NCBI RefSeq assembly: GCF_964355755.1
Contig: NC_092676.1
Location: 5,123,888-5,187,887, forward strand
DNA length: 64,000 bases
From: Antedon mediterranea
Taxonomy: Eukaryota; Animalia; Echinodermata
Direction: 5' to 3'
The notes under the pieces are model-generated. The model was not told where the DNA came from and searched no databases. It saw nothing but the letters and a program-made list of their open reading frames with translations. The translations under genes and the position numbers were made by a program. Shown piece by piece: positions 25,717 through 39,520 of the stretch (position 1 is the first letter of the stretch; the number at the start of each line of letters is the position of its first letter).

Positions 25717-28700
25717 TTAAGACAGATATGTTTTGATACATGATTGGATTGGTTTACGACAAATAGGACACACCTGAATTGAACGTGAGCAAGTCTCGCA
25801 CGTAACTAAATGTCCGCACGGCATAAACAAAACATTGATTTCGTTATCCATGCATATTTTGCAGGTCCTCTTGTCACGAAGTTCACGTAGTTCATGTTGG
25901 ATGGACGACGGCAGTTCAGATTCTGTCGGGAAAAAATTTTTAATTAATGAATGAGAAGAATAGTGTCATGCGTTGTAAGCCAAGTTGCTAATATCTTTTT
26001 TTTAAAGCGCCCTCTATGATTTGATGTATTTGTAACAGTTCTATGGTTTGAACATGCTTTGATAAAACTATTTTATACAGTATTTAATTTTCTAAGTTGA
26101 ACACCTATTATTTTGTTCCATACTATAATTTTGGTCGTATAATCAGGTTTGGTGTGTAGTTAATCCTTTTTTTAAAACTAAAAAATATTTTTCAAGGGGG
26201 CGGTTGACAGCAAGACATTTTTAAGTAGGGCTATTCTTGCAAGTGAAAGTACGAACCAAATATTCTACTTGTATAAAAATATAGCATACCATCTTCCAGA
26301 GTTTTAAAACCAGATTCCGAATTTGGTCCAGGGTTACCAACACTTAATGAAGACATCTTAGTTTCAAGTTCTTTAGTCTTGTCTGCTGCCCTCGCTTGTT
26401 CATCTTCTTCAAATTGTTTAGTCTTTGGGATAGAATCTGCAGTTTTACCACTGCCACTTCCGGTTGGTTCTCCCTCGTTGTCTTCTCGTTGATCCGGCTC
26501 ATTAAGGATAGCGTCAACGAACGTTTGAATGGAATTAAATTCATTTTCATTGTTTCTGATCTGTCTTTCAATAATTCTTCGTATTTTTCTCAGAGAGAAT
26601 CCCATTTCAATAACAGACCTTACAATAGCAGACTGCATCCTTTCATCAATACCTTCAAAAACACGACAATTATCAATCTTTTTGATTAAGTAAAAATAAC
26701 TAAAAGTATCGTTTATTTTAAAAACTGATTCAAACAATTAAAGCATTGACTTCAAAAAATTTGATAAATCACATCCCTGGTTACAGTATAACTTGTTTTC
26801 TAAGTTATGAATATTGATAAGTTAGCATATAAATAAGTAAAGAGGAGCTTTAGGTTTAACTTAAACGATTGATTAATGAAAATGATTATCCATCCATTTA
26901 AAAAAATTGTTTAATTGTAAATTTAATTGAACTGAGAATTCTGAAATGGTATTTACCTCGTCGATTACCAGTTGATGGGTGAAGAGGTTGTTCAGTGTTG
27001 AGGTTAAACACTGGCCTAGCTGTTCCTTGATGTGCACCTCCACTTGGTATCTAGAAAACAAAAACACAACTATGTATTTAGACAATCCCTGGACAAATAT
27101 CTGGATATACCAGATTGAAGACAGTGCGGTGAGATACAGTGTAGTTGCACATCCTTAATCTTGGTTCCCACTGGGATGCAACGCAAGGACGCAAATAATT
27201 TGATCAATCACACATAATGGATCACCCAAGCTGTCACTTATGATTGGTCAAATCACTTGCGTTGCTCACGCTTCCAAGTGGGAAGGAACAAAGCTTTATA
27301 GATAATACACGGATTCCACAACAAGTTCACTTTTTAACTTACAGCTGGTGAAGGTGGTGGCAAGGGTAGGTTCTGGTTTGGTACAGGAAAATTGGTAATG
27401 ACATATTGAACGAAGGGTTCTCCACGTTGTTGAAGAAGCCAATCACATTTTGGAAACCATTTAGCATGCTCAGTCCACGGATCGTCTGAGGGTTCCCAGT
27501 TTCGAAGTCCTCCGTTACAATAAAAACACTTCACATTGTCATTCTCTCCTATTAGAAGAAGCAGAAAGTCGTGGTTAAGAAGCAGACTTTTAACAATTCT
27601 TTGATAAGTTTACATTTGATGAAAATACATGATAACGTGGTTGTGACAACAGTTACTTTGATGTTTTGTTTGAAAGTTAACTCACTGTTAATACAGTAGA
27701 AGGCTTTGATTGTCATGGATAACATTCAGAGTTTTAAGAATTCTCTGATTTTTTGTGGTTGAGTTACTTTGATGTTTTGTTTGAAAGTTACCTCACTGTT
27801 GATGAACTTAATAGAAGGCTTTGATTGTCATGGATAACATTGTCAAGATAATTTTGCATTTGGTGAAAACATTTGATAGCGTGGTTGAGTTACTTTGATG
27901 TTTTGTTTTAAAGTTAACTGTTAATGAACTTACTAGAAGGCTTCGATTGTCATGGATAACATTCAGAGTTTTAACAATTCTCTGATAATTTTGCATTTGG
28001 TGAAAACATTTGATAGCATGGTTGAGTTAATTTGATGTTTTGTTTTAAAGTTAACTGTTAATGAACTTACTAGAAGGCTTTGATTGTTATGGATAACATT
28101 CAGAGTTTTAACAATTCTCTGATAATTTTGCATTTGGTGAAAACATTTGATAGCATGGTTGAGTTAATTTGATGTTTTGTTTTAAAGTTAACTGTTAATG
28201 AACTTACTAGAAGGCTTTGATTGTTATGGATAACATTCAGAGTTTTAACAATTCTCTGATAATTTTGCATTTGGTGAAAACATTTGATAGCATGGTTGAG
28301 TTACTTTGATGTTTTGTTTTAAAGTTACCTGTTAATGAACTTACTAGAAGGCTTTGATTGTTATGGATAAAATTCAGAGTTCTAACAATTCTCTGATAAT
28401 TTTGCATTTGGTGAAAACATTTGATAGCATGGTTGAGTTACTTTGATGTTTTGTTTTAAAGTTACCTGTTAATGAACTTACTAGAAGGCTTTGATTGTTA
28501 TGGATAACATTCAGAGTTTTAACAATTCTCTGATAATTTTGCATTTAGTGAAAACTTTTGATAGCATGGTTGAGTTAATTTGATGTTTTATTTTAAAGTT
28601 AACTGTAAATGAACAACAAACCTGTATAGAAGAATCCTGCTTTTGCCAGAAGTGGATACGGAGGTGCACTAGGAGGCCACGATTTAAAAGTCTTCAATCT

Positions 28701-29765
28701 TTCCGTTTCAATCCCAAACTGAGGATGCTGTGCTCTTGTCAGTTGTCTGCGTGCGGGTTGACCAGGATAAGGTGATTGATCCATCACTTTAGCCGTCTGT
28801 GACACTTGACCTTTCTCGAGACCAACCTTCTGAGTAGGTGGTAGCCTAGTCGAAGGTTGTTGGTATAAAGAAGCATGCTGGGCGTTCATGACATCGGTTG
28901 TTGTCAGTTTCTCATTTCCAACATCTTCACCTTGCACAAAAGGACAATCTGGAAACAGCATTGTGTGTTGAGTCATTGGAACATCTGAAGCTTTCCAATT
29001 TGATATCTCACCACCACATGTAAAACATTTCACTGCATCTTTTACCTGAGTGTAGAAGAACCCAGCTTTGGTCAGAGATCGTGGCAACATTGGATTAACT
29101 CTTGGCCATGTTTGAAAGGTTAACAGACGACGATATTCACTTTTTAATTCATCAGAAAACTCCGATCTATTCTTGGGTTGAGTATCTTTCTTTGGGTTGA
29201 ACAGATCATCTTCTTTGGAAGCCGCTACTTCAGGTTTCTCTCGTGGGGACGTCTGGTTAAGCAAAAGAGGTTGATTCTGAACATCCTTCCCTTGAACAAA
29301 CTTGCATTTTGGAAAAAATCGCTTATGTTCTCCAATAGCAGAATCGCCAAACTCCCATTCTTGGATTTTACCATTACAAGAAAAGCATTCAACCATATCT
29401 TTGTTACCAGAGTAGAAAAATCCAGCTTTTGCAAGAGTGGTTGGATTCATTGGCGATTTATTTGGCCAATTCTTGTAGGTTGCTAAGCGATCAACTTCGA
29501 TGGACATATTCCGTCCTAACTTGTCCGAACTTTTATTGCCATTTTCTATTTGTGGTTGAACTTTATTCACTGCTGCTTCAGCAGCACTTGCTACTGCGAC
29601 TCCATCAATACTTAATAGTGAACAAGAATCCACTTCATCAACACCATCATTTCTGTTGTCTTCTACTACATTATTTGTATCTTCTATCTCATCTAATGAT
29701 CTCACTTGACGGAGTAAATCGCGAACTTTTACAGATGTTGACCGATTTTTTTCAGAATAGGCCAT
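25717..29765 (-). CDS. Inhibitor of apoptosis protein, BIR1-BIR2-BIR3-UBA-RING (XIAP/DIAP2-like, no CARD seen)
   Basis: Minus-strand exons 29765-28622 (BIR1 RLATYKNWP...CFSC...HKRFFPKC; BIR2 RLLTFQTWP...CFTC...HTMLFPDC; start of BIR3), 27548-27343 ([30 protein letters not shown]), 27050-26957, 26652-26290 (UBA-like [10 protein letters not shown]) and 25922-25717 ([40 protein letters not shown]...IKTYLS*). Phases are consistent. Confidence 0.95.
27620..28605. repeat. 137-bp tandem repeat x ~7 in the IAP intron that splits BIR3
   Basis: GATAATTTTGCATTT recurs at ~27848, 27984, 28121, 28258, 28395 and 28532. Confidence 0.93.
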
Positions 29766-29838
29766 TACTTAAAAACTATCTGTAATTATTTTCAACTAAA
29801 CTACTATTAATTATTTATATTTATTGGTTTAAAAAAAA

Positions 29839-30201
29839 TTAAATTTTTAAATTATATAATTCCAGTTTCTTTTTTTTTAATGTCCATTCAGTAAACAAAG
29901 ACCTAACACGTTTCGCAACTGCATAAGGATTTGTTTCTGTAGCTGTTTTCACTATTGTAGCAGATTTCACTATTTTTGCTGTTTTCACTTTTGGAACTGT
30001 AACAGTTGCATCAATTACTGGTTTTTTATTAACTGTCTTGACAATTGGAACAGTGGAAATATTTGTTTCGTCAGTAATTGGCAGCCATGTTTTGCAAGTA
30101 CAGAAACAGTAGGGTAAAAATAACTCATTAAAGACATCAAATTCGTCAGTTTCTTCCTCCTCTATGGTTTGGGGATATATCAGTTCAAAAAAACTGAACA
30201 T
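29839..30201 (-). CDS. Putative 120-aa upstream ORF of unknown function in the IAP 5' region
   Basis: ATG lies 8 nt downstream of a strong acceptor (CCTTTTTTTTCCAG, exon start 30209). Acidic N-terminus, CFCTC motif and repeated xVK(T/S)(A/V) segments; ends 73 nt before the IAP ATG. No recognised homologue. Confidence 0.4.
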   Translation of the reverse strand: MFSFFELIYPQTIEEEETDEFDVFNELFLPYCFCTCKTWLPITDETNISTVPIVKTVNKKPVIDATVTVPKVKTAKIVKSATIVKTATETNPYAVAKRVRSLFTEWTLKKKKLELYNLKI

Positions 30202-31236
30202 AACTCATACTGGAAAAAAAAGGACAGAATTATTAACATTCTTGTTATTGTTAAAATGAAATAATTTGCTTTCAATATTAATATAGTGTATTAATAATTA
30301 TACAATCGGACTCAAAGGCGCCAACTTCAGATTAGCTACTAAGGACCTTTTTTCAATGTGGAGAAACATAATAGCTCAAATACATGACATAATTACCACT
30401 TCTTGTATATTATTTGAAAACATAGGATATAGAGCCCATTATAGGCTACAGATATACAATGAAAATGAAATACTAAAAAAACCACAAAAAACTTTATAGG
30501 GGCCTAATTTATACACTAATAAATAAAAAGAATACTGTATATAGGAATAATACAGCAGTAGTAGTATTTTATACACTTTCGGCCTAGGCCTACCTAATCC
30601 GTCTTCAATTCCCAAATATAATTTAAAATGGAATTTCCGTTCTTCATTATAAATACAACGTCATGAGTTAAATTACTGTAAACTTGTTTTTGTAGGGAGT
30701 CTAGGCCTAGTACGTAGTGAGTAGTAAGAATTGTTGGTCAATTCAGAATAATTGTTTTTATTTGTTCTAAATTTAAAATCAATTATTACATTTATTATTA
30801 TTATTATTAATTTTAACAAAAAATAAAATAATTAATTTCTTTTGTATGTTGTTTCCTATTGGATAAAACTGTATTTGTTAGAGGGTCAATAATCGATCGT
30901 CTGTTGCTGCGCTCTGCTAGCTGTGCTGGATTAAAAAAAATGGCTGCCAAATAAATTTTGAAAATACCATTCAAAAAGGAAGAGCGATTGTTAGTCTTAC
31001 CATCATCGGTTATAACTCTAGATTAGGTTTTATAGGTTTGTATTATTCTTCTCACACAAACACCTTACGTAACGTGTTTTTATAGTTTATTCTAGGCCTA
31101 TAATAGGCCCTTTTTTAGTACACCTCCTACCTATATGATGCCTACAATGTAAGCTGCGAGGGAGTGACACAGCATGGGGGAAGGGAAGAGAAAATCCGAC
31201 GTGCGAGGCGCTCTCTCGGCAAGAACAACCAGCAGG

Positions 31237-31816
31237 CAGAGCCATTAATAATAATTATATATAAAGAGTTACGACATTGAAGATTAGAAGCCGTGTTTGT
31301 GTCCAACTATTCCTATGTAGCGTATGGAGTTGAGTCTTTTGTTTTGAAAATGTATAACGTTCAAAAGGCTTTAATTATCGAATTTAATAACAAAACAATC
31401 AATTTTGTTTAAAGGTTTTTGTTAAAATAATAAAGAAATTATAAAGTTACTGCGAACATGATTTTAAACAACAAATAGCAATTTCGGAACGGCTCTGGTT
31501 GTGCGCTCCATGCGCGTTTAGTTTGTACAGCGATTCTCTATAGTAATGCATTGTTTTTACATTTTGTTGTTTAAAATCATGTTCGCAGTAACTTTACGAT
31601 TTCGTTATTATCTTAACAAAAACCTTTAAACAAATTGATTGTTTTGATATTAAATTCGATATTTAAAGCATTGTGAATGTTAAACATTTTTTTAAGCAAA
31701 TGACTCGACTCCATACGCTACATAGGCATAGTCTAGTTGGACATGGCCGGCGTGCACACCACGTGACTTTCTAAAATCCGTGAACGCAATGCCGTAACTC
31801 TCTATATATGGCTCTG
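31237..31816. mobile_element. Foldback (near fully palindromic) hAT-like MITE
   Basis: CAGAGCCAT...ATATAAAGAGTTACGACATTG at the left and CAATGCCGTAACTCTCTATATATGGCTCTG at the right; arms pair over >200 bp; same termini as 36572-39030. Confidence 0.8.
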
Positions 31817-31914
31817 GAACCAGGAACCACCAAGAAAAGTACGGGGTGCATTTTTAGCAGAGATACTATAGCGCCATTACGTTGCGCAATACGATCTTCT
31901 TTGATTTATAGTAA

Positions 31915-34900
31915 TAGTCTGGTGGCAGGAGGTGGGAATCACCACCCGAAAGGTGACAAATTGCCATCCAACTTTTCTAGACCAGAATTTTCCGTAGATT
32001 ACGAATATGGAAGGTAATCGATCAGGATAGGAAGCGTTTTCGAGATATAAGGGGTCAAAGTTCAAAATTGACCAATTACAACAATGTATTATGTATTATG
32101 TATTATAACAAATTTATTGAAGCACAATTTGGTCTTTTATTACATTTTTATGATTATAAGTGTCTATTCAATCACCTTACTGTATGAAAAAAAATCCTTT
32201 GTAATTAAGGGTCAAATGTCAATATTGACCAATCATAGAACGTACCTATAAAACCAAATAAAAACTTATATTTAATAAAAATTGAATGTTTTCTCATCCT
32301 GTTAATCAATCATACCCAATGTAAAAGAGCGAATACATCATTTCATCAGTTGACATAAGTTGTCCAAACTATGATATTGATGGTTTTACAAGTAATCAAA
32401 TTATTTGATTAGTAAAGTTATGTTATTTCATTATAATTTTGATTAATATAATTATAATACTGTATTTAATCAAATCAGACTTTGATCAGGATAGGAAGCG
32501 AATAGGAAGAGATAAGGGGTCAAAGTTCAAAATTGACCAATTATAACAATGTATTATATACATATAAGTATTATAACCAATTTATTGAAGTTCAATTTGG
32601 TCTTTTAATACATTTGTATGGTTATAGGTATCTATTCAGTCGCCTTATAAAACAAATACTTTTCAATTAAAGGTCAAATGTCAATATTGACCAATCACAC
32701 AATTTGCATATAAACCCAAATAAAAACTAACATTTAAGACAAAATGTTATGTTTTATCATTCTGTTAAGACATCTATCAATCATACACAATCAAAAGAGC
32801 ACATTTATCATTACACAAGTTGACATAGGTCAAAGGTCAACATTTGAACAAGTGATATACTAAATAATGCAAAGTTATTCAAACTATGAGATCGATGTTC
32901 TTCATGAATGTAATCACGTTATTTGATCAGTGAAGTTATGGTATTTTTATATTTTTTCTAGTGCGCATTATTTTAAATGTATTAATATAATACTGTAAAA
33001 TAAATAATAAAATTATTAATATTATTAATATTATGACGGTTAAAATGTTATGATGTTAAAATGTTACGCTGACCTTCAATGATTTGCCACTATACAGTTG
33101 CATTTATTAGGGCTACAATATTCGTTTTTGGAAAATAAACTACTATTCATCAGAACCAGAGAATACCAAATCGTACAGGATAGGGCATAGGCAGATCCAG
33201 GTGGCCAAACTCAATCCACAACTCACTACACAGACAGACCACAATTTTTATATAGCCACAGATAGTTTGGCCAATACAGGAAAGATTTTCCTGTACACAA
33301 AAGATTCTAAAATAACCCATATGGATTTGCCCGAATGAACCCTCTAAGGACCCTTTTGAGATCTCTATGTGGTGTGCTACATAAGGCCCTGTATTAGAAA
33401 TTAATATGGGGTAAATAGTTCATAGATGAACTATGGAATAAAACTAAAATGTTCACCCTCAATCTTTAAATAACATTTATGGATTTGCCCAAATGAACCC
33501 AAGGGCCGATCCTTCATGGACCTTTCGGGGTTCTCTATGTGGGTCTACAAGAGACCCTATATTGGAAATACTGTATGTGAGGTGAAAATTTGGGTTCATA
33601 GAGATAAATAATAAATATCCCTGTGCACCCTCGATCATCCATAAGGAACATTTTATGGATTTGCCCAAATTAACCCAAGGGCCGTTCGTTCTCCATGGAT
33701 GGACATTAAGCCCCATAATGGAAATATAAGGGGTGACACTTTGATTTCATATAGACAGGCGCGGCCCATGGAATAAAGCTGCCTGTGCACTCTCGATCCT
33801 TAAGGAACACTTATGGATTTGCCAAAATTAACCCCCCCAAAGGCCGGTCCTCCATGGATGGACATTAAGCCCCATAATGGAAATATAAGGGGTGACAATG
33901 TGGGTTTATATAGACAGGCATATGGAATAAACCTGTGCACTCTCGATCCCTAAGGAACCGATTTGGATTTTGCCTAAAATGAAACAACAGCAGGTCATCT
34001 ATTTAGACCCTTCTCTACTGTATGTTCCGTTCTACATTTGGCCCCTGTATCGGATCAATGCATTTGGCTACATAAATTACTGTGTTAGAATTATATCGGG
34101 TAACTAAAACTGTAGGTTCCAATATTAAGCCATGGGAAAAGCCTGTCTGTGAACCCTCAATCCTTTTAAAAGGAACCGATATGGATTTGCCAAAATGAAC
34201 CAAGGGTAACTTCTGAATTCTCTATGAACCGTACATTCCGTTTATTGGAGATACATGGATACCTGATTGAAATTGCTCAAATGTTTCTGAAAGACATTGT
34301 ACTGTATAGTAGTAGTATTCCCCTTCCACACCTCTTTGCATTGAATCCGCCCGATAGGCTCTTATGTACAGGATTTCAAAGCAGTAATCACACTTGTTTT
34401 TTTCAAGCAGTATAATCTATTAGATTGAATAAAAATATCTATTATAAACAATTTGCCGTTAGAAATCTCTATGCCATGTCGTTATTTAGATGAGAAAAAC
34501 AGGTCAAAGGTTAAAATTACAGAAAAATAGTGTTTCAGTCACTTTTTGAAAAAAATGTTGCATTATGGCAAGTATAAACATATATATTGTTAACAATTTG
34601 ATACCAAAATTGGCTCCTTACGACAAATATTTATTTTATAACTTTATTCAATTATGTCAAAGGTTAATAACCACACTTCCGGTCATTTTCAAGCAATATC
34701 ATCTGTTACACTGAATATAAATGTATATCTTGGGAACAATTTGCTCCAATTTTTAATTCTCTCCGACCTGCCGTTACTTAGATATAGCAAAAAGAGGTCA
34801 AAGGTCAAAATTGCTAAAAATGGGGTTTCCGGTCAATTTTACAAAGAAAGTTCTGTTAGAGGTAATATAAACATATACATTGTGAACAATTTGACACCAA

Positions 34901-35111
34901 AATTATCTCACTAGGTCCAGAATTTCCAGAGATATAGCATGTTTTTATATTGGTCAATTTTGAAATTTGACCCCTTATATCTCGAAAACGCTTCCTATCC
35001 TGATCGATTACCTTCCATATTCGTAATCTACAGAAAATTCTGGTCTAGAAAAGTTGGATGGCAATTTGTCCCCTTTCGGGTGGTGATATCCCCCCTCCTG
35101 CCACCGGACTA
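31915..35111. mobile_element. Academ-like non-autonomous DNA transposon
   Basis: ~160-bp TIRs (TAGTCTGGTGGCAGGAGG...AATTGACCAAT and ATTGGTCAATT...CCTCCTGCCACCGGACTA), TAG/CTA termini and a 3-bp TSD TAA. Internal ~465-bp duplication and degenerate ~120-bp repeats (33310-34210). Confidence 0.75.
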
Positions 35112-36264
35112 TAAGTACTGTAATTTTATTTCATTTCACTTGAATTAAAACTTTATTCGAACAACGCAGTTACAAAAAATAAATTACAGCAAAACTATAT
35201 TTAAAAAAAAATTAACTTAATAAAAAGGTTCAGCAAGTAGGTTTTAATATAGGCCTATAGAATTGAATTTGCGGCTTTTCTGTAGACGGTTCAACAAAAT
35301 TAATTATTTTTCTCTTTCAAATCAGATAATGACATTAAATGCGTTAATTTTGACCTGAAGGACAAATTGTTGTGTTGTAATATTGGGCTCTTGATTGTAA
35401 GTTATGATTGATCATGCGCACTTTATGTTTTATTAATTATCCGATTGGTTCATAAGTTCAATGCCAATAACCAGCATCTATGTTTTTTTCTTTAGTTGAG
35501 AGAGATTTATTATTAATGGTAGGTTCGGTATATTTAAGGTAAAAAAGGTCAGCTATTTTTATTCTTTCATATAATTCAAAACAAAAATAATGCGACGTGG
35601 CCGAAAACGGAGTGGAGTTGTGGCTTAGTTCCAGACGGTCCTCCTGGACATGATTTTTTCTAATGACAAATTACAACTCCACTCCGGACTGTAATAAGAC
35701 TTTGTGCATTGAGCATTCAATCTTGTATACGTTTGTCTTGTGAACGGGATTGCCACCTTCAAGAAAGATAGTGAATGAATTCGCTTATGGTTATCCTTGC
35801 CTAAATGTATAAACAAAAAAGAAAAATGTTAGATATGCATGAAATATATTAGTTAGGGAATATTGATTTTTCTGTGAACAAAATTATTAACAAATGTTTT
35901 TTTGCAGATTCATACTCTATCACATACCAATATACACCAAAAAAATTCCTCCAGACATCAGGGGATGGGGAAAGTGGTTAAATTTGACCTTTGACCTTAC
36001 AAGGCAACCATTGGTTCGAGAGACTTATATTTTCTAATAAATGAAGTATTTTTTCAAAAATTAATTAGCATGGTGGAAAATGACCTTTGACCTTTTAAGG
36101 CATATAACACATGTATCTTGGCATCAAAATGTTTCTTATATAATTATATTAATTGTAATACAAATCATAACTTTCATCAGAGAATCATTAAAAGAATGTC
36201 AAAATTTCAATTCTGTGTAATAAATAATAGAAAGCAAAAGAAGGCCTAGGTGGCAAAGTATAAA

Positions 36265-36450
36265 AAAGGGCCGAATCAAAAATAGCCAAACGAAATAGAG
36301 AAAGAGCCAAATAAAAAACTCCGAATGCTGAAAGAGCCGAACGTAATGGTAAATGGGCCGAATAGAGATGTGCCGAATGCTAAAAGAGCCGAACGTAATG
36401 GTAAATGGGCCGAATGCTGAAAGAGCCGAACGTGGTAAAAGGGCCGAATA
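36265..36450 (+). repeat. Degenerate GCCGAA-based short tandem repeats
   Basis: AAAAGAGCCGAACGTAATGGTAAATGGGCCGAAT units; probably a transposon remnant. Confidence 0.7.
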
Positions 36451-36571
36451 GATTAAAGTTTGCTGCAAGAGGCAGTGAAGGCGTTCCATAAGATGATGCC
36501 CTCTATGGGTTGGATACACTAAAATGTTCATGATGCGCTGCTGATGGAGGGCGCTGCTGCATGTTTTGTTC

Positions 36572-39030
36572 CAGAGCCATATGTGACCCGATCTGGCAAA
36601 ACTCTACTTTTGTCGGAAATATTCATTTTGTATTTTTTTATATATTTGGATTATTTGAATCATAAGCTTTGCAATGGTGTTTATTTCATAAAAATTGAGT
36701 AAATATTTAAAAAGTTATTATATTTTAAAAACTTACAAATCATTCAATTAGTTTACGAGAAAATCGCGTTTGAAGTTTGCAATGAAATTCTTTTTGATAC
36801 GCGCTGAAAACTCACTCCGTAGCAACGCGCTATTTTGGTCTAAGGCACAATGACGTCATACCAGGAAGTGTGTGCGATATAGCAGCAGCGTGGACACTAT
36901 GGTCAATTTGACTGATTTCAGACGCCGTTTTAACCTATTTAGTCACTCGAATTAACTATTTTGCACTATTGAAAAGCAGCATTATAACTACCAAGCTAAT
37001 GTTAACTGGTTTCGGAAGTGTTTACGATATCAACGGCAAAAAACCAAGCAGGCCTAGGCCTAGACGCGCCTATTCAGATTTTCGCCGTCATCGCCTGTAT
37101 TAAGACCTATTTCCGATGGGTGTTCACCAGGCCGTGTATGGCAGCGGTGCATCGACACGGGGGCTAGCGTTAGTCTAGACAAGTTAGGCGCCTTGCAGAG
37201 TCACAGCTAATTGCAAGCTAACATTACACTGTATTGACGATTACATTTGTTTTTTTTTATAACGTGGAAGATTCGCTGTGATGTTTGGGCTTGAATCCAA
37301 TGATTTAAAAAAACATTTAATATGAAGGGAATGGACAATAAATTAAATAAATGATTAAGAGCCGATTGGATATATAAAATGTATAAATAAAACTATTGAC
37401 AATAATATAAAGCTAGGCCCAGTAGTAGTAGGCCTACAACCATAATAAAATTAGGCCTAGGGCCTACTAGCCCAAAAAAATATAGAAAATACAATTGAAT
37501 TTATGACGTGAATTGTTTTTGACTTGTCTATTTTACTATGGAATAAACAAATACACACTACAGCTATTGCAGAACACTTTACTTTGAATATTAAAATCGT
37601 TTTTATTCCAATTTACGACATGCTGTGTGTACAATAAAAATAACCTCACAAAAATGTAAACAACTTTTTATTTCCGCGCGTAGAGCGTATAACATCTAGC
37701 GCGTTGACCAATAACGTTTGTTATTGCGATGATGCGCCATAGCAACACACGCAGTTCGCTGTTCCAGAAACTTCGAAGAACCGAATTTTCTGAAATGATG
37801 TCATAGTAAATCAAAGTTTTCATTGGTTCCTTCTTTAAACTCCGCCCTAAAACTTCCATATTTGGAATGTCAAATGGATGAGCTTTATTTTGATGTGTGA
37901 CCTTTCAACATTGTGCAGCGAACTGGCGATCAAAATGTCGTAAAACTCGGCAACTTTCAACTGAATTTACGCAAAATTTTAGCGTAGATCGTGAATAAAT
38001 TGTTAGGCTTGAGGAAAATACATGTTTTTAAAACTCTCTTTTTTCATAATTTTAGTTAAATTTCGGGAGTTTAAATCAGGTAGACGTATTCTTAGATAGT
38101 GAAATATTTCGAAAATGCAAAAACATGTAATCTGCCAGGGTAGTCGATTTGGACGTATTTTGACTGATTACGTGAATTTTGAATTGCCGACAAAGAGAGG
38201 GTTTTGCCAGATCGGGTCACATATATATAAAGAGTTACGACATTGAAAATTAGAAGCCATTTTTGTGTCAAAGAATTCGCACGCTGAGGGCGCGCGCGTC
38301 TCTTTTGTATAGCGTTTTCCTGTAGTTCCATGCATTATTTTTAGATTTTGTTGTCAATGAAATAACGCTTAGATTCCGTTTTTATTTTAGTAAATAAAGT
38401 TATTAATGGTATTAATTTGGTAACATATATATAATTGTGTCTATAAAAACAAAAGAATAAATGCTAGGGCCTACATGCAAGTCAGGATATATCAAAGCAT
38501 GAACCAATACAAAAAACACACAAATTCACCCCTCTTTTTATACAGTATATGGCTCTCTGTGTGTTTTTGACACAAACTTTCAGAGACTCGTTCATCATTT
38601 TATTTGTAATAATTTGCCTTTATTATTTTAATATTGTTCATACCTTTTCAATATATTAACAAATATATCCACGACACTTTATTATTTTATTTAGTCATCA
38701 AAGCATGCATTATGAATTGAAAATATTACATAATTGTTATTATGGGACGTAGTTATGGGATGTTTTGTTCCAAAATCAATCAATCGAACGTTATAATGTA
38801 CTAGCGTACGCGCGCGCAACATTCTTTGGCGCAAGTGGTTCTTTACGCTGTGCACGTCGATATTCCACCGTAAAATGTGCAATTACATTTTTTTTAATAT
38901 AAGAAAAAGTTTAAAGTAATTTCTTGCTCCTATACTTTACATGCATTAACGGAGACAAGTTTGACACAAATTGATCTGCATATCACGTGACTTAAATCCA
39001 ATGTCGTAACTCTTTATATATATGGCTCTG
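36572..39030. mobile_element. hAT-like non-autonomous element interrupted by a nested insertion
   Basis: Termini CAGAGCCATA/TATGGCTCTG with a perfect 8-bp TSD TTTTGTTC (36564-36571 and 39031-39038). Confidence 0.85.
36582..38221. mobile_element. TIR DNA transposon (TGTGAC...GTCACA, TA-flanked) nested in the hAT left TIR
   Basis: TGTGACCCGATCTGGCAAAACTCTACTTTTGTCGG ... CCGACAAAGAGAGGGTTTTGCCAGATCGGGTCACA. Confidence 0.85.
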
Positions 39031-39520
39031 TTTTGTTCGTTCGGATAGGAGGAGTAGGCAAAGAATATAACAAGAATGAGTAATCCGCAATTTTCCCTGT
39101 AACAGTAATATTGTCCATGTGGTAGGGCGCCGCCATAAGTGTGGATGTATCTGGGATGTATACAACTTTTTGTGACGGTTTCACTAATCAAAGGCTGGAC
39201 CACCGGTAGTATTTTCATGATAAAAAATGTTATCAACTACATGCCAACATCATGTTAAATACTTTTTGGATATTTAATTGTTCGTTTTATGCAATTTATT
39301 TAGTAAAAACTGCCGTATTAAACAGTTTGCTTTATCAACCGGGCGCTACGATAGCATGACCGGGCGTGTTGGTGTTTATGCGTTTTCACGTAGGATAGTT
39401 TAATAATATTCCTATATTTAACCTGTTTCTGGTAAAACAAATAAATGTTAATGACATTTAACATTTTGTCCTATTAATAACATGTATTTTATACTAATTT
39501 ATATCATAAAAACAATACTT

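Noticed and set aside
31877-35148. Two similar ORFs (FDPLYLENASYPDRLPSIF) on opposite strands
   Set aside because: They are translations of the Academ-like element's TIRs, not genes.
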